Source: a virus (Duplodnaviria > Caudoviricetes). Taken from it: a stretch of DNA of 64,000 nt. This document shows, one piece after another, positions 48,361 to 55,898 of this stretch. How positions within the stretch are numbered: the stretch's first letter is position 1; every line of letters starts with the position of its first letter. A model generated the notes under the pieces. That model was not told the DNA's origin. It saw nothing but the letters and a program-made list of their open reading frames with translations, and made no database searches. A program made the translations under genes and the position numbers. The DNA is taken from positions 1-64,000 of the IMG/VR virus record IMGVR_UViG_3300033075_000275; one strand, written 5' to 3'.

Positions 48361-49468
48361 TGTTCTAGACCATGGTTACGTCCGCCTTGTAGACCACCTT
48401 GGAGATGATCTTTCTATAGTTAACGCTGCTAGAGTATCTTATGACAAGGAGTCTAAGGACTTTAGCCCCGCCGACGCCCGACTCCTTGATTTTCTTATAC
48501 GTGAGGACCACACCTCGCCCTTACGTCACGCGGCCCTGACCTTTGAGGTTTACGCTCCACTGATGGTGGCGCGTCAGCACTGGAAGTATGCCGTGGCATC
48601 TACCTTTGTCGATGATCAGAATGGCTGGAACGAGAGTTGCTTACCGGCATGGCAAGAACTATGGTCTTATGGAAACCTAAGAGTAACTGTACAAGATATT
48701 CTGGATGAAAAAGCATTACCACTCAGATCAGTAAATGATGATGGTGTGGTTGTTCCAAATAGAGTAAAAAATATTTGGCCCTCCGGAAAGCAGGAAATTA
48801 TTACCATTATTGATGAGTTTGGTAATAAGATATCTTGTACCAAGAATCATAGAATAAAAACTCCTAGTGGCTGGGTGGAAGCCGGGGAACTTAAGGTTAA
48901 TAATCTAGTTGGTCTATGCAACGAGCATCACTACTTGATTCATGGAAAGCGCCCTCAGGTATTTGGATATGGAAAGGTTGTGTCTATTAATTCTGCTGGA
49001 ATTCATGAAACATATGATATTGAAATGGAACTAGAGTCTAATTTTGTGGCTGGCGGAATTGTTGTACATAATTCCCGTCGATATGTCACTGAAAATGAAG
49101 AGTTTTATGTTCCTGAGCATTTTCGGGAGGCACCACCCAATAGCAAGCAGGGAAGCGGCGGAAACCTTGGTGCGTGGGCTAATATGACATGGCAAACCCG
49201 TCTGGATGCACATATTAAAAACTCTCTGTATTTTTATGACATGGCTTTAAAAGAGGGACTGGCTCCTGAGCAGGCCAGACTATTCTTGCCAGCCTACGGT
49301 TTGTATGTACGGTACCGCTGGACCGTCAGCCTGGCCGGTGTGCTACACTTCCTAGACCAGCGCCTCGCCCACGACGCGCAGGTTGAGATACAGGCATACG
49401 CCGAGGCTGTGCGCGATCTGACCAAGACTGTATTTCCTAAGACATTGGAGGCTTGGCTTGCTAAGTGA
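48350..49468 (+). CDS. thyX: flavin-dependent thymidylate synthase ThyX (intein-containing)
   Basis: DLSIVNAARVS, HTSPLRH, ARQHWKY, WNES|SRRY, EQAR, HAQxEI-like HDAQVEI. Confidence 0.93.
   Translation: MKIDVLDHGYVRLVDHLGDDLSIVNAARVSYDKESKDFSPADARLLDFLIREDHTSPLRHAALTFEVYAPLMVARQHWKYAVASTFVDDQNGWNESCLPAWQELWSYGNLRVTVQDILDEKALPLRSVNDDGVVVPNRVKNIWPSGKQEIITIIDEFGNKISCTKNHRIKTPSGWVEAGELKVNNLVGLCNEHHYLIHGKRPQVFGYGKVVSINSAGIHETYDIEMELESNFVAGGIVVHNSRRYVTENEEFYVPEHFREAPPNSKQGSGGNLGAWANMTWQTRLDAHIKNSLYFYDMALKEGLAPEQARLFLPAYGLYVRYRWTVSLAGVLHFLDQRLAHDAQVEIQAYAEAVRDLTKTVFPKTLEAWLAK
48638..49072 (+). mobile_element. mini-intein (145 aa) in ThyX
   Basis: Starts CLPA, block B CTKNHRI, ends TYDIEM..NFVAGGIVVHN followed by Ser; too short for an endonuclease. 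Confidence 0.92.
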
Positions 49469-49895
49469 ACGGCATGGAAACTTGGTTGAGGAAATTTGGA
49501 AGCCTGGCGGATACATCGGCATTACTACTAATGGATTTGTCAAGAATAACGGCGAGTGCGTTATGGGACGAGGTATCGCAAAGACTCTCCGCGATCTTTG
49601 CCCAGGACTCGCAGGAGAAATAGGTTCCGCTATTCAGCAATACGGAAACCTACCACATGTGTTCCATGACTATAGAGTCTGGACATTTCCAGTGAAGCAT
49701 AACTGGTGGGAAATGGCTGATTTAGAACTTATTGCTCAGTCGGCCAGGGCTATCATGCGTCTAGAGCATAACTATGAAATGCACTTCAACAGGCCGGGGT
49801 CGGGTAACGGTAGACTCGATTGGCAGACGGTATGGAACGTTATAGAGCCAATATTCGGTCCTAGCGAGCGAAACTACTACGTGTGGAGTTTCTGA
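49458..49895 (+). CDS. macrodomain (ADP-ribose processing) protein
   Basis: TTNG..VMGRGIA..FPVKHNW..RPGSGNGRLDW. Confidence 0.75.
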   Translation: MLSERHGNLVEEIWKPGGYIGITTNGFVKNNGECVMGRGIAKTLRDLCPGLAGEIGSAIQQYGNLPHVFHDYRVWTFPVKHNWWEMADLELIAQSARAIMRLEHNYEMHFNRPGSGNGRLDWQTVWNVIEPIFGPSERNYYVWSF

Positions 49896-49978
49896 TGAGA
49901 CTAGAAGATAGCGTCGTCTTGATATCTATTGTATTTACGTTCTTGGTAATTATTCCAGGTATAATTGTGATGACGTGA
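49895..49978 (+). CDS. 27-aa single-TM peptide
   Basis: MRLEDSVVLISIVFTFLVIIPGIIVMT; ATG overlaps upstream TGA. Confidence 0.45.
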   Translation: MRLEDSVVLISIVFTFLVIIPGIIVMT

Positions 49979-50003
49979 ATAGAAAACGAAGAACGTAGAG
50001 ACG

Positions 50004-50207
50004 TTGAACGATACGAAAGGAAAAGAAATGGAAGATGGAGTAACTCCTGAACAGGAGTTGCTGTGGGCGATATACATACAGACGACCAGAATACTTGATG
50101 TACTGTATATCACAGCCGCCGCCCTTGGGGCAGATGCCGAGCAGTTAAAGCAATTGCACACTGATGGAAAGATAATATCACCGGAGGTATGGCTAGATGT
50201 TAGTTGA
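50004..50207 (+). CDS. hypothetical protein
   Basis: ORF in operon; start uncertain. Confidence 0.45.
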   Translation: MNDTKGKEMEDGVTPEQELLWAIYIQTTRILDVLYITAAALGADAEQLKQLHTDGKIISPEVWLDVS

Positions 50208-50208
50208 T

Positions 50209-50343
50209 ATGATAGGTGTCGTCATCGGTTGGATCATATTGATCGTACTGATTGCTACATTTGTCGAATATTGGCCTGTCGTACTCGTCCTGGGCGGGTT
50301 GACAATCGGCTGCCTGTATGCCAATAGATATGGGAGAGAGTAG
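50209..50343 (+). CDS. 44-aa two-TM peptide
   Basis: MIGVVIGWIILIVLIATFVEYWPVVLVLGGLTIGCLYANRYGRE. Confidence 0.5.
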   Translation: MIGVVIGWIILIVLIATFVEYWPVVLVLGGLTIGCLYANRYGRE

Positions 50344-50558
50344 TGTATACCGTAGTATCAAAGCGGGATGAGAACGGACATTGGGAGACAGTAATACGTA
50401 ATAGCCATGGTAAGGAAGTATGGCGGGAGACGATGGATCGTGGCCTACACCCTGCTATAGCATATGACGATCCAAGCCAGGCAGAAGTAGCACAACACTA
50501 TGCAATAAGAAACTTCAAGGCTCTAGGCGAATACGAAAAATGGGACATGTTTAGGTGA
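50343..50558 (+). CDS. hypothetical protein
   Basis: Translationally coupled ORF. Confidence 0.5.
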   Translation: MYTVVSKRDENGHWETVIRNSHGKEVWRETMDRGLHPAIAYDDPSQAEVAQHYAIRNFKALGEYEKWDMFR

Positions 50559-50827
50559 CACGTAACAAACTGCGTGCCGCCAAGTGGCACGCGATAGGCC
50601 AGCACAAAATAGCGCGCGGCTGCGAAGCAGCCGACTGTCCACTACCCGAAGGGTTCGATTTTCGGGCGGTGGACTTGGATTTTGACCATCTACATGATAA
50701 GCGTATGAATGTATCCAATATGATACGCAGCGACTACGGCTGGGCGGCGGTGCTTGAAGAAATAGCCAAGTGTAGAGTATTATGCAAGATATGCCATGCC
50801 AGGCATAGCGCGCGTCAGCGTGCATAG
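50555..50827 (+). CDS. small HNH-like Zn-binding endonuclease
   Basis: C...C..LDFDHL..K...S......EEIAKCRVLCKICH. Confidence 0.75.
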   Translation: MTRNKLRAAKWHAIGQHKIARGCEAADCPLPEGFDFRAVDLDFDHLHDKRMNVSNMIRSDYGWAAVLEEIAKCRVLCKICHARHSARQRA

Positions 50828-50840
50828 TCCAGCACAAATC

Positions 50841-50887
50841 CCCGATTTTTATTAATTTTGAGTATTTTCCCGATTTTTATTAATTTT
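50841..50887. repeat. AT-rich 19-bp direct repeat (x2)
   Basis: CCCGATTTTTATTAATTTT at 50841 and 50869. Confidence 0.85.
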
Positions 50888-51143
50888 CAGATATGTATGA
50901 TCCCGGTTCGGGCGCTTGGAAACGAACTTTTCGGTAGTGCGCCCATTTCCCTTGTGCCACAGGCACTTTCGGGCCTCGGATTCCCTTGTGCCGCAACGAT
51001 TTTCGGGCACGGTCACCGTGAGTTGATCCTAGATCACAGAGAGTCACTCATACTTTCGGATGATGCCCACTCATACTTTCGGTGGTTGTGGTCTGTCGGA
51101 CCTAGGGCATACCCTGGCAGTAGATAGAGAGAGGGGACAGGAC

Positions 51144-51383
51144 ATGAGCACTCTGACCACAATGGTAGCGGGAGCAAGCATTCCCGCCGCCGGAACACAA
51201 TGCGATTGGGCGCAGCACGAATACTGCCCTTGCTGCCGGTGCGAGGATGACGCGGTTGTTACTCAGCACTTTCGCACTGTCCTGACCGACTCCTACGGCA
51301 AGGTTCTGCGCGTGTCAGAATACACCGAATCATGGTGCGCGTCGCACGTTCACACTACGTCCGTCGTCACAATCGAAATCTAG
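51144..51383 (+). CDS. Cys-rich hypothetical protein
   Basis: GAGAGGGG RBS; CPCCRC motif. Confidence 0.55.
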   Translation: MSTLTTMVAGASIPAAGTQCDWAQHEYCPCCRCEDDAVVTQHFRTVLTDSYGKVLRVSEYTESWCASHVHTTSVVTIEI

Positions 51384-51395
51384 AGAGGCAAGGCA

Positions 51396-51626
51396 ATGCA
51401 CATTCTGCACAATCAGACATTCTCCGCACAGGAGAGCAGCGCCATTCGATTCATCGAATACAACGCGCGCACCTACACAATGTTGGTCGAAATGCGAAAA
51501 GGTCAGTGCTACACCGTTTCGCGCGTGCGGTACTCGGACTACGTTTCCATCATCGAGGCATACTCCATTGGCAAGGCGTGGAATGCGTTTCGCATGACGC
51601 CGGGCATCATCATCGAAAAGGCGTGA
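51396..51626 (+). CDS. KTSC domain protein
   Basis: ESSAIRFIEYN....MLVEMRKGQCY..SRV...Y.....A.SIGKAWN. Confidence 0.7.
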   Translation: MHILHNQTFSAQESSAIRFIEYNARTYTMLVEMRKGQCYTVSRVRYSDYVSIIEAYSIGKAWNAFRMTPGIIIEKA

Positions 51627-51630
51627 GACA

Positions 51631-51787
51631 AATGGCCCTCGCAATTATCGCATTGTTCGCCTCCCTCGTCCTGCTGGCAATCGCCATTGTCCTGCACATT
51701 CGGGATGAAATCGCATTCCGTCGGTCGATTGAGGCAATCGCGTTTCACTCGATCATGAACTACTACGGCACCCACCGTATCTACTGA
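51631..51787 (+). CDS. single-TM small protein
   Basis: MALAIIALFASLVLLAIAIVL.. Confidence 0.5.
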
Positions 51788-51799
51788 AAGGGAAAAGCA

Positions 51800-51934
51800 A
51801 TGCTGACCATGACGCCGGAACTGCACAGTGCGGCCATTGCTCACTGTGCAATGTTCGGAATGGAAATGTGCGATTTGGACGCTACCGATTGGGAAATCAT
51901 TTCCGCAGACGTGGATTTCGGAAAGGGTGAGTGA
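51800..51934 (+). CDS. hypothetical 44-aa protein
   Basis: AAAGGGA RBS; MLTMTPELHSAAIAHCAMFG.. Confidence 0.45.
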   Translation: MLTMTPELHSAAIAHCAMFGMEMCDLDATDWEIISADVDFGKGE

Positions 51935-51935
51935 A

Positions 51936-52160
51936 ATGGCAAGGGTTTCATGGCACAGGGACGCAAACGAAATGCGCGTTTCGGTTGACCGTGGCGCAGG
52001 AACAGCATTCCCGCTCGCAATCAATGGATATCCGTTTGAGGGGACGGCGGCATTTATCAATGCGTTTGTTTCGCCTGCCGGATACCTTTTCGCAACGTAC
52101 ATGGATTCCATTGGCAATATGGCGCAATTGCGCGCCGGATTCGTTTCCCGCTCACTCTAG
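51936..52160 (+). CDS. hypothetical protein
   Basis: Follows previous stop by 1 nt; MARVSWHRD.. Confidence 0.5.
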   Translation: MARVSWHRDANEMRVSVDRGAGTAFPLAINGYPFEGTAAFINAFVSPAGYLFATYMDSIGNMAQLRAGFVSRSL

Positions 52161-52172
52161 AAAGGTAGAACA

Positions 52173-52253
52173 ATGGATTTCCCCGACCCCATGGCCGTAA
52201 TGGCATGGTTCGCATTTTGGTTTATCCTTTTGCGGTTTATGGGTGATGACTAA
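52173..52253 (+). CDS. 26-aa TM peptide
   Basis: AAAGGT RBS; MDFPDPMAVMAWFAFWFILLRFMGDD. Confidence 0.45.
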   Translation: MDFPDPMAVMAWFAFWFILLRFMGDD

Positions 52254-52279
52254 AGTCTGGGACTAAGGTCCCGACTTTC
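52254..52279 (+). terminator. probable terminator hairpin
   Basis: AAAGTC(T)GGGAC-TAAG-GTCCC-GACTTT. Confidence 0.55.
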
Positions 52280-52291
52280 TGTTAGCTGAAT

Positions 52292-52454
52292 CTTAACCCT
52301 CCCTTAGCCTCGGCTTAGGGGAGGGTTTCTTAGCTTAATCTTAACCCCTTCTTAGCTTGGTCTTAGCTAAATCAACACGCCCGCAATCTTAGCTAAACCT
52401 TAACCACCCCTTAGCTTGCTCTTAACCGCGCGCCCGCCTTAGCTTAATCTTAAC
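52292..52454. repeat. CTTA(A/G)C hexamer array with 11-bp period
   Basis: 13 copies starting 52292, 52303, 52314 (CTTAGG), 52329, 52340, 52351, 52362, 52388, 52399, 52410, 52421, 52438, 52449. Confidence 0.9.
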
Positions 52455-52648
52455 CTTCTGTTTACGACATATTAAGAAAGCGCCGGAAAGTCCTGTGGCA
52501 CAGACACTTTCGAGGTCGTGAAAACCCTTGTGGCAGAGGCACTTTCGGCGTTGAGGCCCCAAAACCCTTGTGCCACAACGGAATCCGAGCATAGACGTGT
52601 ATCTATGCGTTCCCGACGCACTGTAACCTATTTAGCTCGTTCTTAACC

Positions 52649-52714
52649 TGTGACGCAAGTCACACTGGGAAGGGGCCTCTAGGGCTTGTGTGTGTCGGAC
52701 CCTAGGTGTACCTT
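52649..52714 (+). promoter_or_regulatory. perfect CRP-type box plus promoter
   Basis: TGTGA-cgcaag-TCACA at 52649-52664; TTGTGT-17-TACCTT starting 52686. Confidence 0.65.
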
Positions 52715-52738
52715 GTAAGTAGAGAGAAAGGGAAGATC

Positions 52739-52885
52739 ATGGGACACATGAACGTAGTTGAGAACCTTCGGCCTCTGCCCGAGCGGGTCGGTTGCGCCGT
52801 TGTGTGGCCGGATTTCGGAAAGCACGAAACGTACACTCCGGGTTGTTTCGAGTGCTTCATTGCAAATGGTGGAGGAAACGACTAA
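52739..52885 (+). CDS. hypothetical 48-aa protein
   Basis: AAAGGGA RBS after promoter; CFEC. Confidence 0.5.
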   Translation: MGHMNVVENLRPLPERVGCAVVWPDFGKHETYTPGCFECFIANGGGND

Positions 52886-53079
52886 TGTCAAAGGTGTTTA
52901 GCCCCCGATTCCGTGGCCCAAAGACCACGGTTAGCCACTACGCGGGTAATGGCGCGCATACTCCCACTCAGCACAATTGGGTTAGGCTTTCCCCCAATTC
53001 CCGGTCTCTGCGCAAGGTTGACTTTTGCGCGGAATGCCGTGCCAAAAGAATCACGACCACTTACCCCGGGGGGTACTGA
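52885..53079 (+). CDS. hypothetical Zn-finger-like protein
   Basis: TAATG overlap; HNW..FCAECR. Confidence 0.5.
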   Translation: MSKVFSPRFRGPKTTVSHYAGNGAHTPTQHNWVRLSPNSRSLRKVDFCAECRAKRITTTYPGGY

Positions 53080-53081
53080 TA

Positions 53082-53234
53082 ATGTGGTGGTTCCCGATTA
53101 GCAATGGCACTACCGTAACGGTGTGCAATGAATGCGCTAAGCATGGATCATTTGCGGAGCGGATTGACGGCGATCATTTCCTCGCGTGGCACGATAAGTG
53201 CTGCGTTTGCGGCGAAACGTTCACCGATATCTGA
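53082..53234 (+). CDS. small Cys-rich protein
   Basis: CNEC..CCVCG. Confidence 0.45.
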   Translation: MWWFPISNGTTVTVCNECAKHGSFAERIDGDHFLAWHDKCCVCGETFTDI

Positions 53235-53245
53235 AATGTGATAAA

Positions 53246-53305
53246 ATGATTCTGTGGATCGTATTTCTTTTGTTTGTCGCAACAATCCTGTTTTGGAGGC
53301 CATAA
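53246..53305 (+). CDS. 19-aa TM micropeptide ending WRP
   Basis: MILWIVFLLFVATILFWRP. Confidence 0.4.
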   Translation: MILWIVFLLFVATILFWRP

Positions 53306-53412
53306 TGGTGCTTTTCGCCGGGCGCAATGAGTGCGATCACCTTTTCGCACACATGACCATTTCCATGCATTTCGTTTGCGTGCATTGCGGAAGGGTTATC
53401 ACAACTAAATAG
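53305..53412 (+). CDS. 35-aa Zn-finger-like peptide
   Basis: TAATG overlap; ECDH..CVHCG. Confidence 0.4.
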   Translation: MVLFAGRNECDHLFAHMTISMHFVCVHCGRVITTK

Positions 53413-53413
53413 G

Positions 53414-53459
53414 CAAAATTAGGCAAATTTCCGAATTTTGGCAAATTTGCCTAATTTTG
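53414..53459. repeat. perfect 17-bp inverted repeat
   Basis: CAAAATTAGGCAAATTT-12 nt-AAATTTGCCTAATTTTG. Confidence 0.85.
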
Positions 53460-53470
53460 TGCAAATTTTT

Positions 53471-53537
53471 CTTAACTAAAATTTAACTGTCTCTTAACCT
53501 GGCCTTAACCGGGCGCCCGCCTTAACCCTTTCTTAAC
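53471..53537. repeat. second 11-bp-phased CTTAAC array
   Basis: 53471, 53482 (TTTAAC), 53493, 53504, 53521, 53532. Confidence 0.85.
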
Positions 53538-53787
53538 GTTACGATAACCTTTAAGAAGCGCCTGAAAATCCCTCTGGCACAACGACTTTCGACCCTCCAA
53601 AGCCCTTGCAGCACAGGCACTTTCAGCCACGATACTGAAAATCCTTGTGGCACAGGCGTTTTCGACATATCGATCTGAATGAATATAGCTGAGCGTAATA
53701 GGCCTAAAGTCCTATCAAAGTAGGGACCTATGGGTCTATACCGTGTCGGACCCATGGTGTAGCCTAGAGGCGAGAGAGAGGGAAGAA

Positions 53788-53976
53788 ATGACCAAGCCCA
53801 TTGCCTACGCCGTCCGCCCCTGGACCCACCGTTGCCCTACGGGCACGGGTCACGTCGATGGGCCGATCCGTTGGGAGCGGAGGATCGGTAAGCAGTGGAT
53901 CGGTGACCAGACGTGCCGTAACTGCGACGCTACTCAGCGCGTCATCGAGTACGCCGCTCACGCGCGCAACCGCTGA
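53788..53976 (+). CDS. hypothetical protein
   Basis: GAGGGA RBS; CRNC. Confidence 0.55.
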   Translation: MTKPIAYAVRPWTHRCPTGTGHVDGPIRWERRIGKQWIGDQTCRNCDATQRVIEYAAHARNR

Positions 53977-53988
53977 AAGGGAACTGAA

Positions 53989-54240
53989 ATGACCGCATAC
54001 GCCCCGCCTTGCCACCCAGTCACTAACGGAATGGCGCAGGCCGATATCGACAAACTGCTTTACTCCGAATTGCCCTCAAAGGTCGAGCGGGTAAAGCGCG
54101 AATGGTGCGCCAATTGCGCCATTGTTAGCGAATGCCACGCTCAGGGCTTTTGGGTCAACGAGGATAACAAGCGCATTGCCCTTCCCGGTATTTTCGGTGG
54201 AATGACCGAAAAGGAGCGAAAGGCTCTGGTGCGCGCGTGA
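53989..54240 (+). CDS. whiB: WhiB-like transcription factor
   Basis: Four Cys (C8, CANC, EC) and GIFGGMTEKER turn motif. Confidence 0.85.
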   Translation: MTAYAPPCHPVTNGMAQADIDKLLYSELPSKVERVKREWCANCAIVSECHAQGFWVNEDNKRIALPGIFGGMTEKERKALVRA

Positions 54241-54395
54241 TTACCGTTCCGCGTGAAATGGTATGGATTATCGGCATCCTGGCGTTTATCGCCATTTTCC
54301 TTTTCGGCCGGGTTTCGTATGAATACGGAATTATCGAGGGAAAGTGTATTGCCACGGGTGGAATACTAAATGCAAAGGAGGAATGCGTACATTAA
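54237..54395 (+). CDS. 52-aa single-TM protein
   Basis: GTGA overlap; hydrophobic N-half. Confidence 0.5.
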   Translation: MITVPREMVWIIGILAFIAIFLFGRVSYEYGIIEGKCIATGGILNAKEECVH

Positions 54396-54419
54396 CTGAA
54401 TCTTAACCTCGTCTTAACC

Positions 54420-54524
54420 GGGCGCCCGCGCGAGCGCGGGCTGTCAACCCCCTTACGATGTGATGTAGAACACGCTCAACTTTTCGGATATGGGCTTGTC
54501 TGTGTCGGACCATTCTGCTAGAGT
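54420..54524 (+). promoter_or_regulatory. composite repeat/promoter, copy 1
   Basis: GGGCG-CCCGCGCGAGCGCGGG-CTGTCAA..TTACGA-TGTGA-N6-ACAC..TTGTCT-17-TAGAGT. Confidence 0.85.
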
Positions 54525-54553
54525 TGTACCACGACCTAGGGAAAGGAACCATC

Positions 54554-54751
54554 ATGGATGACTACGCTGACTTCGCGGACTTCGCAGCGGAGGACTACTT
54601 CGATGACTACCCCGGCGACTTCGACGCCGAGCAGGACGACTGGTTCCCCGAGGACGACGACGCGCCCGAGCAGGACTGGCCCGAGGACGACGCGGAGCGG
54701 GACGCCTTCTACGCCGAGGCGTGGGCCGACAGTTATCCCGATTGGGGCTGA
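54554..54751 (+). CDS. extremely acidic 65-aa protein (DNA-mimic candidate)
   Basis: 27 of 65 residues D/E, one Arg, no Lys, 15 aromatics; AAAGGA RBS. Confidence 0.65.
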   Translation: MDDYADFADFAAEDYFDDYPGDFDAEQDDWFPEDDDAPEQDWPEDDAERDAFYAEAWADSYPDWG

Positions 54752-54758
54752 CCCTAGC

Positions 54759-54874
54759 CCGACTACTCTCCGTAGTCGGCGGGCGCCCGCGCGAGCGCGG
54801 GCTGTCAAGCCCTTACGATGTGATCTACCTCACCCCTGAAAACACTAGACCTAGGCAGATTTTTCCGATAGCCT
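54759..54874 (+). promoter_or_regulatory. composite repeat/promoter, copy 2
   Basis: CCGACTAC-TCTCC-GTAGTCGG; core at 54781; TAGACC-17-TAGCCT. Confidence 0.88.
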
Positions 54875-54907
54875 AGGGGCACAAGGTAAACGACCTAGGG
54901 AGTCAAG

Positions 54908-55270
54908 ATGGTTGACGTCACATTCACCGACCACGCCTACCGAAAGTTGGGTGGTGACGTCGATCTGGCCAAGCGTGTCGTGCTGGCAGCGAAGGCTCCC
55001 ACAGTGACCTACCCCAACGGTCGCTTCCCTGGCCAGGTCCGTTGCATCCGTGACGGCATGGTCGCCGTCGTCGCTGGCACTCGTATCGTGACGTTCTATG
55101 CGAATATCGTGGAGACGGACATTCGCCCGGACCAGACTGACGATGACGCCAAGGCGTATCAGGCGAAGCGTAACGCCGAGCGCGCGAAGCGCGACCGGAA
55201 GCGCCAGCAGAAGCGCGACGCTGACCGCGCTTTCACCGCTGCACAGAAGGCCGGAAAGGGGCGCAAGTGA
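54908..55270 (+). CDS. hypothetical protein, possible DUF4258/RelE-like fold with basic tail
   Basis: TFTDHAYRK..TVTYP..R..VAVV..IVTFY. Confidence 0.55.
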   Translation: MVDVTFTDHAYRKLGGDVDLAKRVVLAAKAPTVTYPNGRFPGQVRCIRDGMVAVVAGTRIVTFYANIVETDIRPDQTDDDAKAYQAKRNAERAKRDRKRQQKRDADRAFTAAQKAGKGRK

Positions 55271-55479
55271 CTACTCACGACAAGATCGTTGATCTTGCTA
55301 CTAAGATCGCGCGATACAGGCTGAATAACCCCTCCCAAAGGGCGGGGCAGGCATTCATGAATGTTCTTTCGGCAGAATATCCCGATCTGCATTCCGCAGT
55401 TTTTATCAGCGGTGTCGATCCATTCTACAATGACGGCTTGCTCTCCGCCGCTTGGGGCATTGTTTCGCAGAATATCTAA
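55267..55479 (+). CDS. hypothetical protein
   Basis: QRAGQAFMNVL....PDL...I...DPFY; GTGA overlap. Confidence 0.6.
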   Translation: MTTHDKIVDLATKIARYRLNNPSQRAGQAFMNVLSAEYPDLHSAVFISGVDPFYNDGLLSAAWGIVSQNI

Positions 55480-55489
55480 CAGCAATACC

Positions 55490-55603
55490 GCGATTACTCT
55501 CCGTAATCGCGGGCGCCCGGCCCAGGCCGGGCTGTCAAGTCCTTACGATGTGATGTATGTCACGCCTAAAAGTGTAGACAGACTGGCGCTCATGGTGTAA
55601 CCT
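55490..55603 (+). promoter_or_regulatory. composite repeat/promoter, copy 3
   Basis: GCGATTAC-TCTCC-GTAATCGC; core 55511; TGTGA-tgtatg-TCAC; TAGACA-17-TAACCT. Confidence 0.9.
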
Positions 55604-55622
55604 GACAGTAGGAGGTAAGGAA

Positions 55623-55898
55623 ATGATCTTGGGTATCGACCGAATCGAGCGCCGGGCCGCAGTGAATCTGCCCGCAACGTGCAACCTTTTCGGTGATTGT
55701 GGTCTGATTTTCAGTGTCGAGGTTTTCGTGCATTCCGTAAATGGTGACGTGTGGGAGGTAGAAATCCGCGATTTGCAGAGTGGGGTTTCGATTTACTCTC
55801 CGCCTGACAAGGAATGGAATTTGCTCGTACCGGAAACAATGGCCGAGGCCGAGCCTTACCTTTACCTCCACCTGTGGACGATTGGAATGATTGACTAA
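55623..55898 (+). CDS. hypothetical protein
   Basis: AGGAGG RBS after promoter. Confidence 0.6.
   Translation: MILGIDRIERRAAVNLPATCNLFGDCGLIFSVEVFVHSVNGDVWEVEIRDLQSGVSIYSPPDKEWNLLVPETMAEAEPYLYLHLWTIGMID

Larger units (their letters stand above)
50949..53664 (+). repeat. eight 22-23 bp iteron-like direct repeats in three clusters
   Basis: Consensus CCCTTGTG(G/C)CACA(G/A)(G/C)CACTTTCG at 50949, 50983; 52490, 52525, 52565; 53570, 53603, 53642. Confidence 0.85.

Noticed and set aside
55533-55538. TGTCAA in each repeat as the -35 of an antisense promoter
   Set aside because: On the minus strand the position 17 bp downstream of TTGACA is CGCCCG, not a TANNNT -10; kept only as part of the repeat.
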